Part shown: in pieces, positions 15,773 through 24,532 of the stretch
Numbering within the stretch: the stretch's first letter is position 1
Layout: each line of letters begins with the position of its first letter
Assembly (NCBI GenBank): GCA_963736255.1
Contig: CAVTOI010000002.1
Location: forward strand, 273,576-337,575
From: Candidatus Aminicenantes bacterium
GTDB lineage: Bacteria > Acidobacteriota > Aminicenantia > Aminicenantales > Saccharicenantaceae
Length of the DNA stretch: 64,000 nt
Direction: 5' to 3'
Program-made: the position numbers and the translations under genes
Notes under the pieces: generated by a model
What the model saw: the letters and a program-made list of their open reading frames with translations, nothing else
What the model was told of the DNA's origin: nothing
Database searches by the model: none

Positions 15773-17077
15773 ATGAAAAAGGTCATCATCATGGGCGCCG
15801 CCGGGCGCGACTTCCACAACTTCAACACCTACTTCCGTGACAATCCCGACTACCGGGTCGTCGCTTTCACAGCGACCCAGATCCCGGACATCGAAGGCCG
15901 CAAGTATCCGGCAGCCCTGGCCGGCAAGCTCTACCCCAAGGGCATCCCGATCGAGGCCGAAGCCGAGCTCGACAAGCTCATCGCCGCCCACAAGGTCGAC
16001 GACGTCCACCTCGCCTACAGCGACCTCCCCCACGCCTACGTCATGGACAAGGCCACTCAGGTCCTGGCGGCCGGCGCCAACTTCGTCCTCCTCGGCCCCT
16101 GCGACACGATGATCAAGAGCCGCAGGCCCGTCGTCTCCGTCTGCGCCGTCCGGACCGGTTCGGGCAAGAGCCAGACGAGCCGCCGGGTGGCCGAGATCCT
16201 CAAGGCCAAGGGCCGCCGCGTCGCCGCGATCCGCCATCCCATGCCCTACGGCGACCTCGTCAAGCAGAAGGTCCAGCGCTTCGCCACCTACGCCGACCTC
16301 GACAAGCACGAGTGCACGATCGAGGAGCGCGAGGAGTACGAGCCCCACATCGACAAGGGCATCATCGTCTACGCCGGCGTCGACTACGGGGCCATCCTCC
16401 GCCAGGCGGAGAAGGAAGCCGACGTCATCCTCTGGGACGGCGGCAACAACGACTTCTCCTTCTACAAGTCCGACCTCGAGATCGTCGTCGCCGACCCCCA
16501 CCGGGCCGGGCACGAGCTCTCCTACTACCCCGGCGCGGTCAATTTCCGCCGGGCCGACGTCATCGTCATCAACAAGATGGACACGGCCACCCCGGAAGGC
16601 ATCGCCACCGTCCTGGCCAGCGCCAAGGCGGTCAACCCCAGGGCCAAGATCATCCGGGCCAACTCCCCGACCATCGTCGAGGACGGCGGCCGGATCACGG
16701 GCAAGCGCGTCCTCGTCATCGAGGACGGGCCGACCCTCACCCACGGCGGCATGAAGTACGGCGCCGGCATCGTCGCGGCCAAGAAGTACGGCGCGGCCGA
16801 GATCATCGACCCCCGGCCCTTCGCCGTCGGCTCGATCAAGAAGACCTTCGAGAAGTACAACCACCTCGCCGACGTCCTGCCGGCCATGGGCTACGGCGAG
16901 AAGCAGACCCGCGAGCTGGCCAAGACGATCGAGGCCATCGACTGCGACCTCGTCGTCAGCGCGACGCCCATCGACATCACCCGGGTCATCAAGGTCTCCA
17001 AGCCCATCCTCCGCGTCGGCTACGAGCTCGAGGAGATCGGCACGCCCACGCTCAAGGACGTCCTGAAGAAGTTCTAG
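15773..17077 (+). CDS. P-loop NTPase of the cyclic 2,3-diphosphoglycerate synthetase-like ('predicted GTPase', COG2403-type) family
   Basis: MKKVIIMGAAGRDFHNFN...VCAVRTGSGKSQTS (Walker A)...ILWDGGNNDF...VIVINKMD. ATG 15773 has GAAAGGAG 8 nt upstream. The family assignment is from recalled sequence pattern only. Confidence 0.7.
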   Translation: MKKVIIMGAAGRDFHNFNTYFRDNPDYRVVAFTATQIPDIEGRKYPAALAGKLYPKGIPIEAEAELDKLIAAHKVDDVHLAYSDLPHAYVMDKATQVLAAGANFVLLGPCDTMIKSRRPVVSVCAVRTGSGKSQTSRRVAEILKAKGRRVAAIRHPMPYGDLVKQKVQRFATYADLDKHECTIEEREEYEPHIDKGIIVYAGVDYGAILRQAEKEADVILWDGGNNDFSFYKSDLEIVVADPHRAGHELSYYPGAVNFRRADVIVINKMDTATPEGIATVLASAKAVNPRAKIIRANSPTIVEDGGRITGKRVLVIEDGPTLTHGGMKYGAGIVAAKKYGAAEIIDPRPFAVGSIKKTFEKYNHLADVLPAMGYGEKQTRELAKTIEAIDCDLVVSATPIDITRVIKVSKPILRVGYELEEIGTPTLKDVLKKF

Positions 17078-17085
17078 GGGCCCGG

Positions 17086-18036
17086 ATGAGACCGAAGATC
17101 GCCCTCGTCGCGTTCGGCGGCAACGCCATGCTGCCCGAAGACCAGAAAGGTCTGCAAAGCGAGCAGATGCGCAACGCGCAGAGGGCGGCCGAGCTCATGG
17201 TCCATATCGTCCGCAAGGGCTACGAGCTCATCATCGTCCACGGCAACGGCCCCCAGGTCGGGAACCTCCTCATCCAGATGGAGGAGGCGGCCCAGAAGAT
17301 CCCGCCGTACACCCTCGACGTCTGCGACGCCATGACCGAGGGCAGCATGGGCTTCATGCTGGAGCGGGCGCTCATCAACGAGCTCCGCCGGCGCTCCATC
17401 GACAAGGAGGTCGCCTCCCTCGTCACCCAGGTCATCGTCGACCGGGAGGACCCCGCCTTCGCCAAGCCGACCAAGCCGGTCGGCCCGTTCTATTCGAAGG
17501 CCCGGGGGGAAGAGCTCGCCCGCGAGAAGTCCTGGACCATGATCGAGGACGCCGGGCGGGGCTACCGCAAGGTCGTGCCCTCGCCGCGGCCGATCGACGT
17601 CGTCCCCAAGGGCGTCATCCGCGAGCTCGTCGAGGCCGGCCGCATCGTCATCGCGGCCGGCGGCGGGGGCATCCCCGTCATCATCAACGGCAACGGCCTC
17701 TTCGAAGGCGTCGAGGCCGTCATCGACAAGGACTACGCCGCGAGCCTCATCGCGCGCGAGGTCAAGGTCGACCTGTTCATCATCCTGACCGCCATCGAGC
17801 GCGTCTTCATCAATTTCGGCAAGCCCGACCAGACAGAGGTCCCCGTCCTGAGCGTGGACGAGGCCCGCAGGCACCTGGCGGACGGTCAGTTCCCCCCCGG
17901 CTCGATGGGGCCCAAGATCCGGGCCGCTATCGAGTACATCGAGGCCGGCGGCCGGGAGGTCCTCATCACCAAGGACTCCCATCTCAAGTCCGCCATGCTC
18001 AACCGGTCGGGGACGCGGATCGTCGCGTCGGCCTAG
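17086..18036 (+). CDS. arcC: Carbamate kinase
   Basis: MRPKIALVAFGGNAML...ELIIVHGNGPQVGNLL...PVGPFY...GGGGIPV...AVIDKDYAASLIA...FPPGSMGPKI. Upstream residues of the 574-aa track ORF are out-of-frame junk over the preceding gene. Confidence 0.9.
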   Translation: MRPKIALVAFGGNAMLPEDQKGLQSEQMRNAQRAAELMVHIVRKGYELIIVHGNGPQVGNLLIQMEEAAQKIPPYTLDVCDAMTEGSMGFMLERALINELRRRSIDKEVASLVTQVIVDREDPAFAKPTKPVGPFYSKARGEELAREKSWTMIEDAGRGYRKVVPSPRPIDVVPKGVIRELVEAGRIVIAAGGGGIPVIINGNGLFEGVEAVIDKDYAASLIAREVKVDLFIILTAIERVFINFGKPDQTEVPVLSVDEARRHLADGQFPPGSMGPKIRAAIEYIEAGGREVLITKDSHLKSAMLNRSGTRIVASA

Positions 18037-18048
18037 GAGGAAACCGCG

Positions 18049-18972
18049 ATGCAAAAAGATTTCCTGTCCATCCGCGACCTGAGCGTCTACGAATTCGGCC
18101 AGATGCTCGACCACGCGGACGAGGTCAAGAAGCACCCCGACAAGTACCGCAAGGCGCTCAAGAACAAGATCCTGGCCATGATCTTCCAGAAACCCTCCCT
18201 GCGCACGCGGATGACCTTCGAGACCGGCATGCTCCGTCTCGGCGGCGAGGCCATCTACCTCGCCCCCTCCGACATCTCCCTGGGCAGCCGCGAGGGCGCC
18301 TACGACATCGGCAGGAACCTCGAGCGCTGGGTCGACGGCATCATGATCCGGACCTTCGGGCACCAGATCGCGGTCGACCTGGCCGCCAGCTGCAAGATCC
18401 CTGTCATCAACGCCCTGACCGACCTGTCCCATCCCTGCCAGGCCATGGCCGATTTCCAGACGCTGCGGGAGCACAAGGGCGCGCTCTCCACGCTCAAGCT
18501 GACCTACGTCGGCGACGGCAACAACGTCTGCCACAGCCTCATGCTGGCCGCCGCCCGCGGCGGGACGAAGATGGCCGTGGCCACTCCGGCCGGCTACGAG
18601 CCGAAGCCGGAGGTCGTCAAGTGGGCCCGCGAGGACGGCCGCGACACGGGCTTCACCCTGTCCCTGACGACCTCCGCCGAGGAGGCCGTGACCGGGGCCG
18701 ACGCCGTCTACACCGACGTCTGGGCCTCGATGGGCCAGGAAACGGAAAAAGAAGCCCGGGCCCGCATCTTCGCGCCCTACCAGGTCAACGCCCGGCTCAT
18801 GGCCCACGCCAAGAAGGACGCTCTGTTCATGCATTGCCTGCCGGCCCACAGGGGAGACGAGGTCACGGACGAGGTCATCGACTCGCCGAACTCCGTCGTC
18901 TACGACGAGGCCGAGAACCGGCTCCACGCCCAGAAGGCCATCCTGATCGCGCTCATGGGGAACAAAGACTGA
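18049..18972 (+). CDS. argF: Ornithine carbamoyltransferase
   Basis: FQKPSLRTRMTFETG...HPCQAMADFQTL...DVWASMGQE...HCLPAHRGDEV, the STRTR, HPxQ and HCLP motifs. Confidence 0.9.
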   Translation: MQKDFLSIRDLSVYEFGQMLDHADEVKKHPDKYRKALKNKILAMIFQKPSLRTRMTFETGMLRLGGEAIYLAPSDISLGSREGAYDIGRNLERWVDGIMIRTFGHQIAVDLAASCKIPVINALTDLSHPCQAMADFQTLREHKGALSTLKLTYVGDGNNVCHSLMLAAARGGTKMAVATPAGYEPKPEVVKWAREDGRDTGFTLSLTTSAEEAVTGADAVYTDVWASMGQETEKEARARIFAPYQVNARLMAHAKKDALFMHCLPAHRGDEVTDEVIDSPNSVVYDEAENRLHAQKAILIALMGNKD

Positions 18973-18973
18973 C

Positions 18974-21091
18974 ATGAACGACGAAGTGATCAATCTGACC
19001 ACGGTGACCGACGAGGACCTCGCCCTCGTCGAGCGGGAGCTCGGGCGGAGCCCGGAGCCCCGGTCGACCAAGGACCTCGCCGGGAAGCTGGCTTTCGAGA
19101 AGACGGCCGCGGAAAGGACGCAGGACGTCAAGAAATACGATTCGTACGCCACCTACGAGGTGGGGGACTTCATCGAAAAGGACTACAACGAGCCCCTGAC
19201 CGTCGGCAGCAAGTCCGTCGAGCACTTCGAGGGCCGGGTCATTCTCAAGGTCGTCGCCAAGACCCACTCCAAGCACTTCAACTGCGACATGCTCGAGGTC
19301 GACTACCCCGGCGGCGGCCTCTTCCGGAAGTACATCGACTACATGAAGAAGACGCGGACCCAGGTCCTCCTGCCCGCGGCCTGCGACGGCCGGGACCAGT
19401 CCGCCGCGATCATGGCCAAGGGCGACGATCCCCGCCTGACCGAGCTGCCGATGACCGAGCGGGACCTCCGGACGCTCGAGAAGAACCTCCGCCTCCGGCT
19501 GGCCAAGGACCACAATGTCTTCTCCTGGAACGACTTCTGGCAGCTCGCGGCGAAAAGGGTCGAGATCCTCCCGGAGAAGGTCGAGGAGATCGAGGCCGAC
19601 TTCACCGCCTCCGGCCGCTCGGCCGCGACCGAGGACCTGGTCCGGAAGTTCTTCGGCCTCGAGGCCTCGTCGGACCTCTTCGACCTGACCTGTCTGAGCC
19701 TGAGCGCCCTCCTCGAGAAGAAATACAAGAAGGACTTCATCCTGCTGGCCGACTCCGGCTGGGGCAAGTGGCACCTCAAATCGATCCTCAACGCCATGCC
19801 CGAGAACCTGGCCCTGGCCGCGCCGATGGCCGAAGTCCCCGAGCTCGAAGAGCTCGACAAGCCCGAAATGAGCCTCGTCCAGGACTTCCCGATCAAGATC
19901 TACCTGACCTGGCGCGAGATCGCCGCCGGGGGGATCAAGATCCCGCGCAGCCTCGGCAAGGAGCTCTCCCACGCCCGGGAATACACCTTCACGGACTCCG
20001 AGGCGGGACAGCCCTACACCCTCTACTACTATCCGGCCCAGAACTTCTTCCTGGGGCTCGAGGATTTCTACACGCAATACAACATCCCCCAGGGCGCCAG
20101 CCTGACCCTCGAGCGGACAGGCCCCACGACGTTCAAGTTCTGGGTCAAGAAATCGAAGAAGAAGATGTCCGTCATCCGTCTGGCCTACGACGCGGAGAAG
20201 GACGAGTTCGCGGACAACGGCGAGGACGCCTACACGTTCGCCGAGCCCAACAAGATCATTTACATCGAGCGCGAGACGCTCAGCCACCTCCTGCCGCTCA
20301 CGGCGACCCGCGAGGGATTCGACCTCCGGGATTTCGTCGTGACCATCTTCCGCGACCCCGTCCTGTCGACCTCGGCCCATTCCCTCCACTTCCTGCGGGC
20401 CTACCATCTCATCGACCTCGTCCGGCAGACGACCCAGGAGGACGTGGAATACGTCCTGCTGAACTCGCCGGAGTTCACCAAGTCCGACAAGAAGAAAGGC
20501 GTCTTCACCTACCGCGAGCCCTTCGTCGAGGAGGAAGAGGCCGGCGAGGCCGCTTTCCCCGAGGGCTACGAGGAAGGCCTGCCGGAGGTCTATACGCCGG
20601 AAGAGGCGGCCCTCGAGGGCGTGGCCGAAGAGCTGCGGGGCGTCGAGCCCGAGCCCGGCTATGCGGAGCTCGAGAGAGAGGAACCGAAGGTGCCGCCGGC
20701 CCCGCCCGAACCCGGAGCCGCGAAAAAAGGCAAGGAATTCAAGAAGCGGAAGCCCAAGGTCGAGGGGGGCGACAAGGGCCCCCGCCCGAAGAAGAGCGAG
20801 CGCCGGGTCATCGAAGAAAAGATCGTCGAAGAGGAATCGGTCCAGGAAGCCCTGGCCGGCGTCAAGGAAAAAGAGGTCGAGGGCCCCGAGCAGAAGGCCC
20901 GGGAGAAGAAAGAGGAATTCAAGCCCGCGCCGAAGAAGGAAGCGAAGAAGGAAGAGCCCAAGTTCGGCATCTTCGCCGATCTTCTCAAGACGGCCCTGAA
21001 AAAGAAGCCCGAGGACGAGAAACCCGGGGACCAAAAGGCGCCCGAGGAGAAGGCCCCGGACGCGAAGCCCGAGGACGAAGAGCCGAAATAG
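18974..21091 (+). CDS. Hypothetical protein, 705 aa, with about 160-aa E/K/P-rich C-terminal tail
   Basis: ATG lies 1 nt after the argF stop (TGAcATG). Non-repetitive, balanced composition for about 540 aa (e.g. ...YYYPAQNFFLGLEDFYTQYNIPQGASLTLERTGPTTFKFWVKK...), then low complexity. I recognise no family. Confidence 0.75.
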   Translation: MNDEVINLTTVTDEDLALVERELGRSPEPRSTKDLAGKLAFEKTAAERTQDVKKYDSYATYEVGDFIEKDYNEPLTVGSKSVEHFEGRVILKVVAKTHSKHFNCDMLEVDYPGGGLFRKYIDYMKKTRTQVLLPAACDGRDQSAAIMAKGDDPRLTELPMTERDLRTLEKNLRLRLAKDHNVFSWNDFWQLAAKRVEILPEKVEEIEADFTASGRSAATEDLVRKFFGLEASSDLFDLTCLSLSALLEKKYKKDFILLADSGWGKWHLKSILNAMPENLALAAPMAEVPELEELDKPEMSLVQDFPIKIYLTWREIAAGGIKIPRSLGKELSHAREYTFTDSEAGQPYTLYYYPAQNFFLGLEDFYTQYNIPQGASLTLERTGPTTFKFWVKKSKKKMSVIRLAYDAEKDEFADNGEDAYTFAEPNKIIYIERETLSHLLPLTATREGFDLRDFVVTIFRDPVLSTSAHSLHFLRAYHLIDLVRQTTQEDVEYVLLNSPEFTKSDKKKGVFTYREPFVEEEEAGEAAFPEGYEEGLPEVYTPEEAALEGVAEELRGVEPEPGYAELEREEPKVPPAPPEPGAAKKGKEFKKRKPKVEGGDKGPRPKKSERRVIEEKIVEEESVQEALAGVKEKEVEGPEQKAREKKEEFKPAPKKEAKKEEPKFGIFADLLKTALKKKPEDEKPGDQKAPEEKAPDAKPEDEEPK

Positions 21092-21110
21092 GCAGTATCT
21101 CGTCGAGGTC

Positions 21111-21293
21111 GTGAAGCCCTTCTCTCGGCTTTGCTCGGGTATCGCCCCTCGCTTCCCCGCGCCCCGGCGACGGGAAGCGGACTCCTGGAAGCGACCCGTC
21201 AGAAGCGCGGCTGAGCACTCGAAGCCGCGATTCTGGTAGATATCTTAAAAAACTCTCGGATATCCCTCATCGCCGCCTCACGAAGGGCTTCAC
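21111..21293. repeat. 183-nt segment closed by a perfect 12-bp inverted repeat in a convergent intergenic region
   Basis: GTGAAGCCCTTC (21111-21122) pairs with GAAGGGCTTCAC (21282-21293). Internal hairpin CGCTTCCC...GGGAAGCG. Contains the GGATATCC palindrome at 21258-21265. Confidence 0.4.
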
Positions 21294-21381
21294 ATTAAGA
21301 AACTTAATTCCCGCACTGAGTTTTTGTGGGGCATTACTCCCATACTACCCTCACCCTCTCAAAACAAGAGCGGGGTTTGGA

Positions 21382-22458
21382 TCACAAGATATCTCGGACC
21401 GATCCCTTTCTTCTCGTGATCCCCATGCTGTCCAGAAGCTCCAGCAAAGGGATGCTGTATTTGCGGGAGAGGCCCGTCATGACCTTGAAGTCGGCCACCG
21501 TCAGCTCCCGCTTGCCGGATTCGCGGACCTTGCGGATGATCTCGTCGAGCCAGCGGGAGTGGAGGATGAACCCGTCGAAACCTTCGACGATCCTCTTGCG
21601 CTCGGCGAGGGCGGAGAGCAGGGCCTGGAGCCGGGACGGGGTGAGCTTGAACTTGGCCCGGAGGTCGTCGAAGGTCACGCTGCCGAGCTCGCCGCTGAGG
21701 ACCATGCCTTCGAGCGCGGCCAGGGTCCCCTCGTCGGCGGCCGAGAGGGGGATGCGGAAGTCGGGAAGACGGACGAATCCGGACTCCTCGACCGCCCGCT
21801 CGTCCTTGGCCAGCAGGCGGAGGGCCAGGACGAGGACCGTCCGGGGCGCGTCGAACCGCTTCTCGAGCGTCTCGACGGGCGCGCCGCGCTGGTCGGGATG
21901 CGCCTTGTGATAGCGGGCCAGGAAGGCGACGATCCGGCCGCGCAGGAAATCCAGGCTGCTCTGCGAGACGAGGCGAAGAGGCGAGAAGCCGAGGATGCGG
22001 ACGAGCCCTTCCTCTTCGAGGGCCCCGGCCAGGAGCTCGACGCGGGTGCGAGGCAGCCGGCAGAATGTCGCCAGGTCCTCGCCGCTCAGGCCCTTGAACC
22101 CGCCGAACTCCGTCAGGGCCAGGATCATATCTTTCTCGCCGAGGGCAAGACGGGCCAGCAGGGTTTTGCGCCGGGGCAGCCTCAGATCCTGGGGCGCAGG
22201 GGGGTCCGGGAAGAGGCACTTGCCGCGGCCGAGGAGATCGCCCGACGGCGTCCGCACCTCGAAGGGGTCCGCCCACCTGACTTCGACAGGACGGTCCGTC
22301 ATGACGCGGACGAACGGGGCCCTCTTCCGCCCGGGCGCGGCGTAATCCAGGAGCCGGGCGGCCACGGCGCCACCGAGCAGAACGACCTCGGCGCGGAGCT
22401 CCCGTCCGGGTTCGCCCATCGGGAAATCGAGGACGGCATCGAACGCGGGCGCTTTCAT
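21382..22458 (-). CDS. SelB C-terminal-like protein (domain III plus winged-helix domains) lacking the GTPase domain
   Basis: 358 aa from ATG 22458, which forms an ATGA overlap with the rnr stop. ...RWADPFEVRTPSGDLLGRGKCL... resembles the end of SelB domain III. The C-terminus ELTVADFKVMTGLSRKYSIPLLELLDSMGITRRKGSVRDIL matches the SelB SECIS-binding winged helix. Confidence 0.8.
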   Translation of the reverse strand: MKAPAFDAVLDFPMGEPGRELRAEVVLLGGAVAARLLDYAAPGRKRAPFVRVMTDRPVEVRWADPFEVRTPSGDLLGRGKCLFPDPPAPQDLRLPRRKTLLARLALGEKDMILALTEFGGFKGLSGEDLATFCRLPRTRVELLAGALEEEGLVRILGFSPLRLVSQSSLDFLRGRIVAFLARYHKAHPDQRGAPVETLEKRFDAPRTVLVLALRLLAKDERAVEESGFVRLPDFRIPLSAADEGTLAALEGMVLSGELGSVTFDDLRAKFKLTPSRLQALLSALAERKRIVEGFDGFILHSRWLDEIIRKVRESGKRELTVADFKVMTGLSRKYSIPLLELLDSMGITRRKGSVRDIL

Positions 22459-24524
22459 GGGCCGGGCTCCTCCGGGTCCGCCGCCGCGACGAAGCTCATG
22501 CGGCGCAGGGCCGGGTCGCAGGAGACGAGAGTGACGCGGACGGCTTCCCCCAGATCGAACGTCTTCCGGCGCTTCTTCGGCCGGAGCCGCCGGCCCGCGG
22601 GCCGGGCGCTGTAATCGCCGCCGAGCGCCGTGAAGGGCAGGAGCCCGGCGACGAAATAGTCGTCGAGCTCGACGAGGAGCCCGGTCTTGATGACGTCGAC
22701 CACGATCCCGTCGAACTCGTCGCCGAGCCGGTCCTTGAGAAAACGGAGGATGCGCCACTCGACGAGGGACTGTTCGGCGTCGCCGGCGTTGCGCTCCCGC
22801 TCGGAGGCCGCGGCCGCGATCGCGTCGAGATCGTCGCGCTCCACGACCTCGCGGCAGAGGACGGCCTTGAGCAGCCGGTGCACGATGAGGTCGGGGTAGC
22901 GCCGGATGGGCGACGTGAAGTGCGTGTAATGGGTCTTGGCCAGGCCATAATGGCCGACGTTCTTGGTCGAATAAACGGCCAGCTTCAGCGCCCGAAGGAC
23001 CTGGCGGCCGATGAACTTCTCGCCCATAAGCCCCTTGGCCCGCTCGAGGACCCGCTGGAGGTCTTTCGAGCGGATCTTGGCGGGTTCGGGCAGCGCCAAT
23101 CCGAAGCGGAGGAGCATGTCGCGGAGCTTCTCGAGGTCCCCCGGGTCCGGCACGGGATGGACCCTGTAGATCGCGGGGCACTTCTTGGCCGTGAGGACAG
23201 TGGCCACGGCTACGTTGGCCGCGACCATGAACTCCTCGATGAGCCGGTGGGCCTCGTTCCGCTCCGCCGCAGCGATCGCCATGAGCTTGCCGGCCTCGGT
23301 GATGAGCTCGGGCTCGAGGAGGTCGAAGTCGAGGCTGCCCTCGGACATGCGGCGCGCCCGCAGGGCCTCGGCCAGCTCGCGCATGACGAGGAGGCCGGGG
23401 ACGACGTCGGCGAACCGGGCCCGCTCGTCCGCGTCTCCTTCGAAGATCTTGAACACGGAGGTGTAGGTCATCCGGTGGGCCGTGCAGATGATCGACGGCG
23501 TGAACTCGGCCTTGCGGACGACCCCGTCCTTGCCGATATCGAGGAGGGCCGAGACCGTGAGGCGGGGCACGCGGGGGCGCAGGCTGCAGAGCCCGTTCGA
23601 CAGCCGCTCGGGCAGCATGGGCAGGGTCGCGTCGGGAAAGTAGACGCTCGTCCCCCGGGCCGCGGCTTCGCGGTCGAGGGGGCTCCCGGGCTTGACATAA
23701 TGGGAGACGTCGGCGATGTGGACGCCGAGAAGCCAGCCGCCGTCGGCGAGCCGGCGAATGCTCACGGCATCGTCGAAGTCCTGGGCCTTCTCGCTGTCGA
23801 TCGTCACCGTCGGCCAGTCGCGGAAATCCCGGCGGCCTTCGAGGGCCGCTGCCGCGTCGAGGTCCGGGATGCCCGCGGTCTCCTCCAGAACGTCCTCCGG
23901 GAATTCGGTGCGCAGGCCGTAGCGCTCGGCGACGACCCGGACGTCGACGCCGGGGTCATCGGGGCGGCCGAAGACGCGCTTCAGGGCAAGCGTCGTCCGG
24001 TCGGCCTCGACGATCATGCCCGGCGCGGGCCTGAGCTTGCCCCGGGACTTGAGCGGGATGTCGTCGAGCGCCGGCGAATCGAACGGCTGGAGGTAGGGGA
24101 CGCCGCTGCGCTCGACGTAGACGCCGAGCAGGCCGGCCCGGTCCTTCTTGAGGATGCGCTCGATGCGGCCCTCGGGCTTGCCGAACTTGCCCTGTTCGTT
24201 GACGACGACCGCGACCTCGTCCCCCGGCAGGGCCCCATGGGTGAAGCGGGCCGGGACGAAGATGTCCGGGCCGCCGCCCTCGGGCGTGATGAACCCGAAT
24301 CCGGGGCGCGCGGTGACGAAGCGGCCGCGGACGACCCCCGTCTTCTCGGTGAGGCGGAAGCGCCCCCGGAACATGCGGACGTCGCCCCGGGCCTCGAGCC
24401 GGCGGACCTCATCGAGGACCTTGGCCCGGTCGCGGCGCTTGGCGCCGAGCTCGGACACGATCTGGTCGAGCGAGAGCCCTTCCTTGTGTTTCTTGAGGAG
24501 CGTGAGGATCCTGATAGCGGGCAT
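22455..24524 (-). CDS. rnr: Ribonuclease R
   Basis: From ATG 24524: MPAIRILTLLKKHKEGLS...FGFITPEGGGPDIFV...TIDSEKAQDFDDAVSI...HIADVSHYV...YFPDATLPMLPERLSNGLCSLRP...HYGLAKTHYTHFTSPIRRYPDL..., with a C-terminal S1 domain. The upstream 179 aa of the track ORF are junk. Confidence 0.9.
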   Translation of the reverse strand: MPAIRILTLLKKHKEGLSLDQIVSELGAKRRDRAKVLDEVRRLEARGDVRMFRGRFRLTEKTGVVRGRFVTARPGFGFITPEGGGPDIFVPARFTHGALPGDEVAVVVNEQGKFGKPEGRIERILKKDRAGLLGVYVERSGVPYLQPFDSPALDDIPLKSRGKLRPAPGMIVEADRTTLALKRVFGRPDDPGVDVRVVAERYGLRTEFPEDVLEETAGIPDLDAAAALEGRRDFRDWPTVTIDSEKAQDFDDAVSIRRLADGGWLLGVHIADVSHYVKPGSPLDREAAARGTSVYFPDATLPMLPERLSNGLCSLRPRVPRLTVSALLDIGKDGVVRKAEFTPSIICTAHRMTYTSVFKIFEGDADERARFADVVPGLLVMRELAEALRARRMSEGSLDFDLLEPELITEAGKLMAIAAAERNEAHRLIEEFMVAANVAVATVLTAKKCPAIYRVHPVPDPGDLEKLRDMLLRFGLALPEPAKIRSKDLQRVLERAKGLMGEKFIGRQVLRALKLAVYSTKNVGHYGLAKTHYTHFTSPIRRYPDLIVHRLLKAVLCREVVERDDLDAIAAAASERERNAGDAEQSLVEWRILRFLKDRLGDEFDGIVVDVIKTGLLVELDDYFVAGLLPFTALGGDYSARPAGRRLRPKKRRKTFDLGEAVRVTLVSCDPALRRMSFVAAADPEEPGP

Positions 24525-24532
24525 GGGTGTTC

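Noticed and set aside
21111-21293. 6S RNA or SRP RNA assignment for the inverted-repeat segment.
   Set aside because: The closed-end architecture and size are 6S-like. However, I could not fold a continuous closing stem with a central bubble, and the SRP domain-IV motif (GGAA/AGCA symmetric loop context) is absent. There is no basis for a named family.
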